Assembly (NCBI GenBank): GCA_001687465.1 | Contig: LVLI01000209.1 | Coordinates: forward strand, 1-45,550 | Direction of reading: 5' to 3' | DNA: 45,550 bases | From: Halocafeteria seosinensis | Taxonomy: Eukaryota | Notes under the pieces: model-generated | The model's database searches: none | Told to the model about the DNA's origin: nothing | Seen by the model: only the letters and a program-made list of their open reading frames with translations | Shown here: one piece after another, positions 18,116 through 27,822 of the stretch | Layout: each line of letters starts with the position of its first letter | Numbering within the stretch: the first letter of the stretch is position 1 | Position numbers and translations under genes: made by a program

Positions 18116-19393
18116 CTATACAAGGTTTGCTTTCATCAACTTAACTTTAATTTTACTATGAACGGTTGTTGAAGACCCCAAAACGCCGTTATCTGCAACC
18201 CCGCTCGAAAACTTAATGGAAGTAGTAGAACTAGTGGTTACCCAAAAGCGGTAATAGGACGTTTTATCATTCTCGTTGCCGATACTTGCGGAATTCAGAC
18301 TAAACCGACTGACATCAGAGTTAAAATTTTGCTCTTGTTTCGCCGGATCGTTATCTGTGGTCATTGAACCGTCATCGACAAGGTGATCTAATATGATTCC
18401 AGTGCCTGAGTTCGTCCAACTTCCCCACAGAACCAATTCAATACAAACAAAGTAATTGGTGTCGGTAAGATTATCCACCGTGAAATCGTGGGTAAATGAG
18501 CCATTTTGATTCAAAGTAAAGGACTTGACGTCCGTCGCTTCATGAACTTCTTTCTCCCCCACCGGCTTGTTATTCTGCAAAAATTGTTCATTCACCAGAT
18601 CCTTGCTGTTGCTTGGGTTATTGACATTGATGATCCGGTTGTTACCGCAGTCCATTGATCCTGTGAGAGTATTTGTCCCAGCCAAATCCAATGTATTAGA
18701 ATCTACCGTGCTTTTTTTGTCGTAGTTATTGTCCAAATGTGACCGAGTTATGGCTGACCCACTGCCGGAATCAATGGTTAAATTTTCAATTCGGTGGCTA
18801 GACATGTCCATTTGACCCGTCATGGCATCACCCGAACGGGTAACAAAGGTACTGTCCATTGTTGATTTGTTCTGATAATTGTTTTGCAAATGGTTCAATG
18901 TCAGACCATGGTCGGAAGTCGATGAATCTTGTACGTTGATGATTCGGTTCGATCCCATGTCCAGCGATCCCGCCATTCCGGATGTTCCATCCTGAAAGAC
19001 ATAGCGACTGTCGGCATTGGATTCGGTAATATAGGTTAAATTAAGGTGTTGTTGGGTGACCAAATCGTTTGGATTGCTTGGGTTGGCTGTGTTGATGATC
19101 TTGTGGCTATCCAAATTTAAATCAGATGACATTTTATCTGAGCCGTCTCTCTTGAGATAGTCGGCGGTGACCGTGGATGAATTGGCAAAATTACTGTCCA
19201 TGTAGGACTTCGTGACCATGTCCTTCCCCGCTGTCGGATCGGCCACGTTTTTGGCTAGAAAACTATCGAAATCTACGTTTTCAAAAGCACTGTGTTGATA
19301 CCATTCATCATGGCTATCCACCGCTATGTGGTCTTCTTGAACAATATCTCCCTTGGGTTTGATCGTCGAAAAATATTCACCAGCATGTGACAT
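18116..19393 (-). CDS. Fiber-like repeat protein 2
   Basis: Same repeat type; start refined to TATATATG (MSHAGEYF), where similarity with B becomes continuous. Confidence 0.75.
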   Translation of the reverse strand: MSHAGEYFSTIKPKGDIVQEDHIAVDSHDEWYQHSAFENVDFDSFLAKNVADPTAGKDMVTKSYMDSNFANSSTVTADYLKRDGSDKMSSDLNLDSHKIINTANPSNPNDLVTQQHLNLTYITESNADSRYVFQDGTSGMAGSLDMGSNRIINVQDSSTSDHGLTLNHLQNNYQNKSTMDSTFVTRSGDAMTGQMDMSSHRIENLTIDSGSGSAITRSHLDNNYDKKSTVDSNTLDLAGTNTLTGSMDCGNNRIINVNNPSNSKDLVNEQFLQNNKPVGEKEVHEATDVKSFTLNQNGSFTHDFTVDNLTDTNYFVCIELVLWGSWTNSGTGIILDHLVDDGSMTTDNDPAKQEQNFNSDVSRFSLNSASIGNENDKTSYYRFWVTTSSTTSIKFSSGVADNGVLGSSTTVHSKIKVKLMKANLV

Positions 19394-19409
19394 ATATAAC
19401 ATGGCGGAA

Positions 19410-19433
19410 TTCCAGTCAGAAATCTGATTGGAA
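19410..19433. terminator. Intergenic hairpin with two compensatory changes
   Basis: A (minus) TTCCAATCAGA..TCTGACTGGAA; B TTCCACTCTGG...CCAGACTGGAA (31509-31533). Confidence 0.65.
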
Positions 19434-19442
19434 AATCCATGT

Positions 19443-20885
19443 TTAAACACTTACATTATTTGTGATAGTAGCATTTGTCGAACCACTATTATTTTCAATC
19501 GTGTTAGTTGTATTATTTATAAAAACATTTCCCAGAATAGCATAGCCATCACCTGTACCCAGACTGATCGGATTTTCACACTCTTGGATTGTATTGTTTG
19601 ATATGACAAAACCTACGTTGGCATCTTGAACACGCACACCGAATTTAGTACAGTTGCGAATCGAATTTCCACTAATAACAACCCGATTACATCCTTGAGC
19701 ATTTAATAAGATACCGTGAAAATCCGCAACGTTAAATATGGTATTGCCTGAAATAGATACGTCCCGCATTCCATTCCCTGTAGTTGATGCGATTCCGTCT
19801 TTAATTACGTCGTGAATTGAGTTTCCCGAAATTGAAATAAACCACGCCTTTGAATGTGGGGAAATACCAAATTGAACACCCCGAATGACATTATTTGATA
19901 TGGTAATAAAGATACCGGTATGAATCGTAATTCCATTACGGCCACTATCAGGTGATTGGGTCATATCATCTGCTTCACGAACACTATTGTTTGAAATAAC
20001 AATGTCCCGATTCGCTTTGGTAGGCATATCAGCATCATTAATAGTATTTGGATAAAGAGTCGCTATATCAAGTCCAGCCCTATGATAACCACATTGTACA
20101 AAATTTCCGTCAATTATGACATCTGTTCTTTGCCCAGCCGTTTGAATAACTGTTCCATTTTGATGCTCCCATCCAAATGTCCAAACAATAATGCCGTGTC
20201 CTCTTTGTCTCCGTATTGTACAATTCTGAACTCTTACAAAACTGGCGTAAATACCTATTGCATCATCGTGTTGTGCTCCTCCGTTAGATAAACTACCGTT
20301 ATTTGAAGCGTTGCCATCACATACTAAATTATAAACCCCTACATTATTAGCCAAAACCGCTATAGGCACACTTGTACCTGCTATAACATTCGGACTACCA
20401 CTTTGTGTCTGTGTTGCTCCGTCTTCAATCGTAATAATTGTACTTGAACCCTCTCCTATTACATCAACATTTGATTTAGTAATTTCAAAATGAGCAACAT
20501 ATGTTCCGGCGGGTATGTAAATCGTTCCACCCGATGATGGAAGTGAATTTAAAGTATCCTGAAATGCTTGCGTATCATCGGTTGTCCCATCGCCCACAGC
20601 ACCGAACCATCTAACATTTGCATAGGGAATATCACTTCTGCGTGGTGCATCGCTAGAGTTGGTTGGTGTCGCCACGTTGATTATCCGGTTTGAATTTGCA
20701 TCTATGTTGCCCGATGCTGCAACCTCGCTCCACTTATTTTCTAAGTTGTCACTGTTATCAAAACTAAATCCGGAAGAAGCAGTTTTGAGATCAATATTCG
20801 ATCCTCCAGTCGCACCGATACCTTTTCTGAGACTTAAACGAGACTGTATCCCCCTATTTGTCTCGACGAACATCTTGTGTGACAT
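19443..20885 (-). CDS. Fiber/spike protein with pectin-lyase-like beta-helix head
   Basis: NVRWFGAVGDGTTDDTQAFQ, TIYIPAGTY and repeated ISNN/ISGN rungs; N-terminal ~77 aa shared with the 29512 gene. Confidence 0.85.
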   Translation of the reverse strand: MSHKMFVETNRGIQSRLSLRKGIGATGGSNIDLKTASSGFSFDNSDNLENKWSEVAASGNIDANSNRIINVATPTNSSDAPRRSDIPYANVRWFGAVGDGTTDDTQAFQDTLNSLPSSGGTIYIPAGTYVAHFEITKSNVDVIGEGSSTIITIEDGATQTQSGSPNVIAGTSVPIAVLANNVGVYNLVCDGNASNNGSLSNGGAQHDDAIGIYASFVRVQNCTIRRQRGHGIIVWTFGWEHQNGTVIQTAGQRTDVIIDGNFVQCGYHRAGLDIATLYPNTINDADMPTKANRDIVISNNSVREADDMTQSPDSGRNGITIHTGIFITISNNVIRGVQFGISPHSKAWFISISGNSIHDVIKDGIASTTGNGMRDVSISGNTIFNVADFHGILLNAQGCNRVVISGNSIRNCTKFGVRVQDANVGFVISNNTIQECENPISLGTGDGYAILGNVFINNTTNTIENNSGSTNATITNNVSV

Positions 20886-20938
20886 GATATATTGTCTCTC
20901 TAAATCTTTAATTGAAAGAATCAAAGTCAAACATTATT

Positions 20939-21094
20939 TTAGGGACGTGGTCTGAAAATGGGTGATCGGTCGGCTGTCCCAACACCTGATTTTTTCGGAA
21001 GATTCTTGAATTGGCGGGAAAACGATTTCAACCCGCCATTCACGGTGATTACGGTTCGCTGTGCTTTGGCTTTTGGCTTGACGATTTTTGGCAT
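20939..21094 (-). CDS. Small basic protein (51 aa)
   Basis: MPKIVKPKAKAQRTVITVNGGLKSFSRQFKNLPKKSGVGTADRSPIFRPRP*; conserved in B with synonymous changes. Confidence 0.8.
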   Translation of the reverse strand: MPKIVKPKAKAQRTVITVNGGLKSFSRQFKNLPKKSGVGTADRSPIFRPRP

Positions 21095-21115
21095 TATATG
21101 GTTTGAGTAAATTCT

Positions 21116-21727
21116 TTATTGATATTCCGGTGGGTAAAACAATTGTTTAAGATGTTTCTTGGATGTTTCGGTCAAAAAGGCTTCTATAGCGTAGGGTGGA
21201 AATATCTCGTCATGTAAGGTACGACGCATGAGATTGGCAACATTAGTCGCCCATTGCTCGTCTGCCGTGTATGGGGATTGTAAATGAAATTGTTGGCCAA
21301 CTTCGTTGTGAACGCTAATCTCAGCCCTCCATGGCTTTGTATCTGCATATCGTTTGTTATAATTCAATCCCGCTGTGCCGGTTGTATTGGCTTGACTAAG
21401 TGACAAATTGTGACCATTTTCAAAATGGGTGACCGTTCGCAAATTGGATAAATGATTGGATGATCGTTCTCGATTCATGTGATCGATTTCAAATGATTTG
21501 TCCCAATAATTTAAATCATAAAAGACGCAAAAGGTTAATCGATGAAGCATAAGTTCATGTTGCTCACCATCAATATAAAACGCAAAATGGCGGTAGCCAT
21601 CTTTTGTCAACCGACCCTCACTTATTGTATTCGGACGTTTCCTGTTCCACACCCTAGAATAGTTGGATATCTTGTAGTTTGGGGCAACTGAAACAACCCG
21701 CCATATTTCTTCGTTTGTATCGACCAT
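21116..21727 (-). CDS. NUMOD4-HNH endonuclease, copy A-specific
   Basis: EEIWRVV..NYKISNYSRV, LHRL, IDHMNRERSSNHLSNL. Confidence 0.88.
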   Translation of the reverse strand: MVDTNEEIWRVVSVAPNYKISNYSRVWNRKRPNTISEGRLTKDGYRHFAFYIDGEQHELMLHRLTFCVFYDLNYWDKSFEIDHMNRERSSNHLSNLRTVTHFENGHNLSLSQANTTGTAGLNYNKRYADTKPWRAEISVHNEVGQQFHLQSPYTADEQWATNVANLMRRTLHDEIFPPYAIEAFLTETSKKHLKQLFYPPEYQ

Positions 21728-21755
21728 TGGATTGGTTCAAAACAAATTGACCCAA

Positions 21756-21814
21756 TCATTTTTTTTTGGTTTCAGCATAAAGAGAGTTGGATAAAAACCA
21801 AAAAGAAAAAATGA
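21756..21814. promoter_or_regulatory. Divergent pair of AAAAATGA putative early promoter motifs
   Basis: Minus copy 21756-21763 (28 nt from HNH ATG) and plus copy 21807-21814 (29 nt from polB ATG); same arrangement at 28931-28986. Confidence 0.65.
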
Positions 21815-21843
21815 ATGAAACTAACATCAACTGATCTTATATA

Positions 21844-24800
21844 ATGACCGATAACAAATCCAATAGACAGAAATTGAAAGAGTTACAAGCGGAGGCCAAA
21901 CCGCTTCGTCAAATGGGATTGATCAGCCGTCCGCTTAATAAATTTACCCGACAGCAACTTCAGCAAACCATCCAAAGCGTTGAACCGACCTTCAAACGGC
22001 TTCAATTTAATGAACGAAAGTTCTTGAAGACCGCCACCAATAACGAAATCCGTCAAAAGCACCGTCAATTTCTGCTCCACGGGCTATCGAATCCAGCAAA
22101 TCGCAAAATCAAAGATATCAAGCAATCCATGATCCAAAATTACCCAACCTTCCGACAAATGAACCGCAACAACATTAATATTGAAACCATGAACCGGCAA
22201 CAACTCCAAAACCAATTGCGTGAGTTACGGGAACAGGGATTTGCGGTGGGAAAACTGAACCGAAGCAATTTCCAACTTCGGCAAGAGATTGTTCAAATTT
22301 CNCTTCAAAATCAGGGAAACAGAGGACAAGCCCCTGTGGCTACTGATGAACAACATCTGCAACCCGAAATAGTAAATGTCTCCCAAATGAGTCGCTTCCT
22401 CTTTAGTTATAAGATAACCACTGAACCGCAAACCGCCGATTTTATTCTCTTTTCCAACGCTGTTTGGGACACCATGCGGGAAACACTAGAGCAACATTTC
22501 CAAGACATGAATCTAAAGGTACAAATGGCTGTATTAGCCTCTTTCTATCGTGCGTCCGACCCCGATGTCCAAATGGAAGGTCGATTTACCTCGTCCGAGA
22601 ATGGTCAAACAGCCATTGCCATCATTCAAGGCAATCAAATTGAAAACACGATCGCCGAATTGATTAGTCGGATTGAAAATATGCTAGAACGCCATCAAAA
22701 CAGTGCCAGTGATTGGGTTATTATGTCGGTCAATGCTCTATTTCTGAATATTAGTGAATTTGAGCCGTTGCGTGGGGCGTGTGCCGAGCACAAATTACCG
22801 AGATGCTTCAAAAATCGGGGTGTCCTTCAGTTGAGCGGTGGCACAGAGGGCAAATGTGGGTTGTGGTCTATATTGGCCGGTCTTCATTATCATGAAATAT
22901 CCGACACCAAACATATCGGACGTGTTAGTAAATACAAAGCCTATCGTGGGGAACTTCGTCTGGGACATGGCAAACCACGGCAAATTGACCAAGAAGTCTT
23001 TGGCGAAACGGTATCCACCCGCAAAGGACGCGTGGTTGAATTACCTATGTCAGTCCAAGACTTGGAAACCATTGAACAATTAAACCCATGGCTAAGTCTG
23101 AATGCCTATACCGTTGAACTGGACAGTGAGCAAACAAGAATTAAAGAATCCCGCATTTTGCGTTCGGTTCGTCCGTCCGACCATCATGTCAATCTGTTGC
23201 TGTTCCATGGTCATTGGTATCCCATCGTGGATTTTAACCGTTTCCTTGGTTCAAATGGCTATGCCAAAGAGTTTTGTTTCCACTGTCTGCAAGGGTTTCA
23301 TACCACATGGGCAAATCAAACAACATCACGGCGTCCCACCAAGACCGCCAAAGAGAAATTGGCCGAGCATCATCAAATGGGTTGCTATGACAATGAAGGG
23401 GCGAAACCAATCCTTCCCAAAAAGGGAGAACACTACTTGAAATTTACCAACTTCCACTGTCAATTAAAACTTCCGGTGACTATCTACTGTGATCTGGAAA
23501 GTTCTTTAGTTCCTATTGACGAGAACAAAGGACAAAGCCAATTACAATACGAGCATGAGCCCAATTCCATTTGTGCCCGAGTCGTTTCCGACGCATTTCC
23601 GGAATTGACACAAACCAAAGTCTTTTACGACACGGAGGAAATGTGGTGTATCAGTTCCTTTATGTACTGGTTAGTTGATCTGGAAGAACAAGTGGGTCAC
23701 CGCATTCAATCAAGATATGTGGCTCTGCAAATGACAGACGATGATGAGATAACATTTCGGAATGCCGAATCCTGTCATGCTTGTGGGGGCACATTGGGAA
23801 ACGACCGTGTTCGTGACCATGATCATTTTACAGGTACGTTTCGAGGAGCATGTCATTCCAATTGTAATCTTCAAAAACATTTTCATCGTAAATGGAAAAT
23901 GCCCGTCATTTTCCACAACTTAAAGGGGTACGATTCACATTTCCTTATTGATGAAGTTGCCCGTGTGGGTCAGATTCGGCGGAAAAAGTTGAATGCCATT
24001 CCACAAAATACCGAAAAATTCATCAGTTTTTCTCTAGACAGGATTTGTTTTATTGATTCCCTCAGTTTCATGAATGGCAGTCTAAGTGACTTGGTTAAAA
24101 ATCTGAAGATGAAAGGGATGGATCAAACCGTGTTCCAAAATCTCTATGCTGAGTTTGGTGACTATCCGCAAGAGTCCATTAATTTAGTTGTTCAAAAGGG
24201 TGTATATCCATATGCTTACATGGACGGTGACCCTGAACGAATGGATCTAGAGAAATTACCGTCACGGGAACAATTTTATGACCCATTAAGCGAAAGTCAT
24301 ATAGAGGAAGAGGACTACCAACATGCTCAACAAGTCTGGGAACAATTTGATTGTCAAACCTTCCGTGACTACCACGAACTTTACCTCAAGGGCGATGTCT
24401 TGTTACTGGCGGATATCTTTGAAAATTTCCGAGACCTCTGTCTAGGTAACTATGACCTTGATCCTTGTTGGTTTTACGGAGCACCCGGCTTGTCGTGGGA
24501 TGCCTTCCTGTTGAACATTCAGAATCAGTATTCCTTGGAATTGTTCCATCGTAATCAGTACGACATGTTGCTGTTTGCGGAGCGATGTAAAAGGGGTGGC
24601 ATCAGCATGATAAGTCACAGGTTTGCGGAGGCCAATAACCCGTATCTGTCCGACGATAAATATGATCCAAACAAAGAAAACCGTTATATCATTTACTACG
24701 ATTGTTCTAATCTCTATGGAGAAGCCATGAAACACAATTTACCGGTGGGTGGATTCTATTGGCGAGATGACTTGGAAACATTTGACGAAGCATTCTTTCA

Positions 24801-25974
24801 CCAACTTAACCCTGAAACAGATGAAGAGGGGTATTTTGTGGAAGCCGACCTAGAATATCCGGAAGAACTTCACGATCTTCATAATGACTACCCCCTTGCA
24901 GTCGAGAATACAACAGGGAAATATTCCCCCTATATGCAACAACAGGCTAACGACATGGGTATGGAAACAAAACAAAACGACATCAAGTTAGTTCCCACAT
25001 TAAACGATAAGGAAGGTTATGTTTGCCACAGTGCCAATTTGAAACTGTACTTGGAACTAGGGTTGCGGTTAAAACGGGTTCGGCGAGTTCTAGCGTTTCA
25101 ACAAGCCCCTCTCATGCGAAGTTATATTGACAAAAATACCGAACTCCGAAAGAAAGCACGTGACGAATTCGAAAAGGATCTGTTCAAACTGATGAACAAC
25201 TCAGTCTTTGGAAAAACTATGGAGAATGTGCGGGGCTATAGCAACGTAAGTTTCTGCAAAAATCGGAAAGAATTTCTCAAATGTACCTCTAAGCCAACGT
25301 TCCGTGGATTTACCATCATCAATCAAGATCTAGTGGCGGTGGATAACAATAAGGAATTTATCAAGTTCAACAAACCCATATTCTTGGGGGCATCCATCTT
25401 GGACATATCTAAGATCGTAATGTACGACTTTCACTATAACCATATTAAAAAGAAGTACGGCAATGATGCCCAGTTGCTATTCACCGACACCGACAGTTTG
25501 GCCTATCTCATTAAAACAGACGATGTCTATCGTGACATGGCGAAAGAAAAATGGCGATTTGATTTGTCTGACTATCCTTCCGACCACTTTCTGCATGACA
25601 AGACCAACAAGAAAGTCGTCGGAACATTCAAGGATGAGAGTGCCGGTGAACCCATCTACCAATTTGCGGGATTACGTGCCAAAATGTATAGCATATTGAT
25701 GAATAGCGATGTGGAAGAGTCCAAGGCAAAAGGAATCCCAAAAGCCGTCCTTAAGAAACAACTCCAACACACCGATTACCTTCGGGCTTTGGTCTTGCGA
25801 ACCCAACCGGATCGTTTAGAATTTAATAGCATCAACAGTTTCCTGCATCGGGTGGTCAGTTGTCGTGAAAAGAAACAAGGCTTGAGTCCGCTTGATGATA
25901 AGAGATATGTTCTTGACGACGGCATTACCTCGTTGGCTCACGGACATTGGCGGATCAAAAATCAAGAAGACTAA
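21844..25974 (+). CDS. polB: Protein-primed DNA polymerase B (Polinton type)
   Basis: Exo motifs YCDLES, FHNLKGYD, YLKGDV; Pol motifs YYDCSNLYG, KLMNNSVFGK, FTDTDS; KGVYPY; inserted endonuclease VII-like Zn module (CHAC..DHDH.TG.FRG.CH..CN). Confidence 0.97.
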   Translation: MTDNKSNRQKLKELQAEAKPLRQMGLISRPLNKFTRQQLQQTIQSVEPTFKRLQFNERKFLKTATNNEIRQKHRQFLLHGLSNPANRKIKDIKQSMIQNYPTFRQMNRNNINIETMNRQQLQNQLRELREQGFAVGKLNRSNFQLRQEIVQIXLQNQGNRGQAPVATDEQHLQPEIVNVSQMSRFLFSYKITTEPQTADFILFSNAVWDTMRETLEQHFQDMNLKVQMAVLASFYRASDPDVQMEGRFTSSENGQTAIAIIQGNQIENTIAELISRIENMLERHQNSASDWVIMSVNALFLNISEFEPLRGACAEHKLPRCFKNRGVLQLSGGTEGKCGLWSILAGLHYHEISDTKHIGRVSKYKAYRGELRLGHGKPRQIDQEVFGETVSTRKGRVVELPMSVQDLETIEQLNPWLSLNAYTVELDSEQTRIKESRILRSVRPSDHHVNLLLFHGHWYPIVDFNRFLGSNGYAKEFCFHCLQGFHTTWANQTTSRRPTKTAKEKLAEHHQMGCYDNEGAKPILPKKGEHYLKFTNFHCQLKLPVTIYCDLESSLVPIDENKGQSQLQYEHEPNSICARVVSDAFPELTQTKVFYDTEEMWCISSFMYWLVDLEEQVGHRIQSRYVALQMTDDDEITFRNAESCHACGGTLGNDRVRDHDHFTGTFRGACHSNCNLQKHFHRKWKMPVIFHNLKGYDSHFLIDEVARVGQIRRKKLNAIPQNTEKFISFSLDRICFIDSLSFMNGSLSDLVKNLKMKGMDQTVFQNLYAEFGDYPQESINLVVQKGVYPYAYMDGDPERMDLEKLPSREQFYDPLSESHIEEEDYQHAQQVWEQFDCQTFRDYHELYLKGDVLLLADIFENFRDLCLGNYDLDPCWFYGAPGLSWDAFLLNIQNQYSLELFHRNQYDMLLFAERCKRGGISMISHRFAEANNPYLSDDKYDPNKENRYIIYYDCSNLYGEAMKHNLPVGGFYWRDDLETFDEAFFHQLNPETDEEGYFVEADLEYPEELHDLHNDYPLAVENTTGKYSPYMQQQANDMGMETKQNDIKLVPTLNDKEGYVCHSANLKLYLELGLRLKRVRRVLAFQQAPLMRSYIDKNTELRKKARDEFEKDLFKLMNNSVFGKTMENVRGYSNVSFCKNRKEFLKCTSKPTFRGFTIINQDLVAVDNNKEFIKFNKPIFLGASILDISKIVMYDFHYNHIKKKYGNDAQLLFTDTDSLAYLIKTDDVYRDMAKEKWRFDLSDYPSDHFLHDKTNKKVVGTFKDESAGEPIYQFAGLRAKMYSILMNSDVEESKAKGIPKAVLKKQLQHTDYLRALVLRTQPDRLEFNSINSFLHRVVSCREKKQGLSPLDDKRYVLDDGITSLAHGHWRIKNQED

Positions 25975-25977
25975 TAT

Positions 25978-26946
25978 ATGAGTGATTTAACACGGGCGGA
26001 TCGTGAAGTGGGTCGACAAAAACAACAGCCTCGCAAACGTCGGCGTGTCATTTCCGGTGGGGCGGATCACATCTTTACCGCTGACATTGTTGATTTAACT
26101 CAATTTGCTCAGTGGAACAAGAAGAATGGCAAACAGATGAAGTTTATCCTGTTCATCTTGGAACTCTATTCCCGTTTTGCGTGGGGCATTCCCATTCCAA
26201 ATAAAAACGCCACCGTCATGAAACAGACTTTGGATGACTTCTTTAAAAAATTGCCGAAAAAGCGTGTTCCCGAATTGATGTGGACAGACCGTGGGGCTGA
26301 ATTTACAGCACCAAGAGTCAAGCAAGTCTTTGACAAATGGGACATACAGTTGTATCATACATTTGGGGAACATAAAGGGGTTGTCATTGAACGGTTGAAT
26401 CGCACCATTGGCAACCGAATTCGACAGCAATTGGAAGGAAAACAGAACAAAAAATGGTTGGATCTATTGGATCAGGAAGTGAAAGAGTATAACAATAGCA
26501 AACATCGTACCATTCAGGCCAAACCGGTTGATGTCTATAAAGGTAATGCGACACCCGCTCCTCATCAGTTTGTTCATGGGAAGGACTATACGGCGACTCG
26601 ACCCAAACTGAAAGTCGGGGATCGGGTACGAATCGCTCGAACCAAGGGGACATTTGAACGTGGCTTTGATGCCAATTGGACACGGGAACTATTCACGGTT
26701 CAGAAAGTGTTGAAGACCAATCCGGTGACGTACAAACTGAAAGATGAAAGTGGTGATATTTTAGAGGGTTCATTCTATCAAAGTGAGATACAAAAGACTG
26801 AGTTGACAGATGAGGGTGAATTTGCCATTGAGAAAGTGGTACGACGGTTTAAGCGGAATGGCAAAAACATGGCGGAAGTAAAATGGCTAGGATTTCCCAA
26901 CAGCCAAAATAGTATAATACCTGCTTCACGAGTGCGTAACCTGTAG
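25978..26946 (+). CDS. Retroviral-like (rve) integrase with C-terminal chromodomain
   Basis: DDE triad TADIVD / WTDRGAEF / IERLNRT; KVGDRVRI, NWTRELF; chromodomain FAIEKVV..VKWLGF. Confidence 0.95.
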   Translation: MSDLTRADREVGRQKQQPRKRRRVISGGADHIFTADIVDLTQFAQWNKKNGKQMKFILFILELYSRFAWGIPIPNKNATVMKQTLDDFFKKLPKKRVPELMWTDRGAEFTAPRVKQVFDKWDIQLYHTFGEHKGVVIERLNRTIGNRIRQQLEGKQNKKWLDLLDQEVKEYNNSKHRTIQAKPVDVYKGNATPAPHQFVHGKDYTATRPKLKVGDRVRIARTKGTFERGFDANWTRELFTVQKVLKTNPVTYKLKDESGDILEGSFYQSEIQKTELTDEGEFAIEKVVRRFKRNGKNMAEVKWLGFPNSQNSIIPASRVRNL

Positions 26947-26982
26947 CAGAGCCAGTGAAGTTGTTGCACTCTGAAGCACTTT

Positions 26983-27183
26983 CCGTACGTACGTACAATT
27001 CTTCCCCGTACGTACGTACAATTCTTCCCCGTACGTACGTACAATTCTTCCCCGTACGTACGTACAATTCTTCCCCGTACGTACGTACAATTCTTCCCCG
27101 TACGTACGTACAAACTCTCCCCGTACGTACGTACAAATTCTCCCCCGTACGTACGTACAAATTCTCCCCCGTACGTACGTACA
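26983..27183. repeat. Tandem array, 9 x 23-24 bp with palindromic core GTACGTACGTAC
   Basis: Unit CCCCGTACGTACGTACAATTCTT; cores start at 26985, 27008, 27031, 27054, 27077, 27100, 27123, 27147, 27171. Confidence 0.95.
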
Positions 27184-27272
27184 GTCGGGGTTGACTGACT
27201 GACGACCAAAAACTGAACTGGCAGAATGACTAATTCCCCTCATAACTCATGCCCATACATAAACACATTCAC

Positions 27273-27625
27273 TTCGCTTCAGTGATTCATATGATAATTT
27301 AAGACATAACCAGCCCTGTTCATAGATAGAGGAAACTTGGGGGTAAGGTTTACCAGTTCACAAGACCACCCTCTAAAAACACCCAAATGAATCACTTTCC
27401 CTTATCTCGCCCATTTACGCATCCCCTTCGCTTCAGTGATTCATATGATGATTCAATACATAACCAACCCTGTTCATAAGTAGACCAAACTAGGGGCAAG
27501 GTTCACGACGGGCTCAGAAAGATCCTCCAGTTCACACGACCACCCCTATACACCCAAATAAATCAATCTTTTCCGTTATGCTAAGCCAAAATATAATCAC
27601 TGTGCTTCAGTGATTATCATGATTC
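27273..27625. repeat. Imperfect direct repeats in the inter-element spacer
   Basis: TTCGCTTCAGTGATTCATATGAT...CATAACCA.CCCTGTTCATA...CCAGTTCACA.GACCACCCT at ~27273 and ~27427; partial third copy at ~27604. Confidence 0.75.
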
Positions 27626-27822
27626 CTTTGGATTCTGTCACGGGCTTCGCAAATAGGACGGGGACAATTGCCAAAGAAAAAAACTTAGCCGGACAAGAAG
27701 TTGGTATTCAGGGGACGGTGAAGGGAACAAAAACACCTCCATCAGGACATGTTCTCCGGTCTATACACACCTTTTCCAATCCAAATAAAAATAGAAAACC
27801 ACAACATCTGAATCAGAAACAT

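Larger units (their letters stand above)
1100..27190. mobile_element. Maverick/Polinton-like virus, copy A (boundaries approximate)
   Basis: Contains pPolB, rve integrase-chromodomain, packaging ATPase, MCP- and penton-like genes, lipase; dense intronless ORFs; repeat arrays at both ends. TIRs/TSD not found. Confidence 0.9.

Noticed and set aside
26983..27183. CRISPR array
   Set aside because: Units are contiguous with no unique spacers; no cas genes.
26778..27243. Repetitive ORFs (YVRTGKNCT..., VRTY...)
   Set aside because: Translations of the tandem repeat in several frames.
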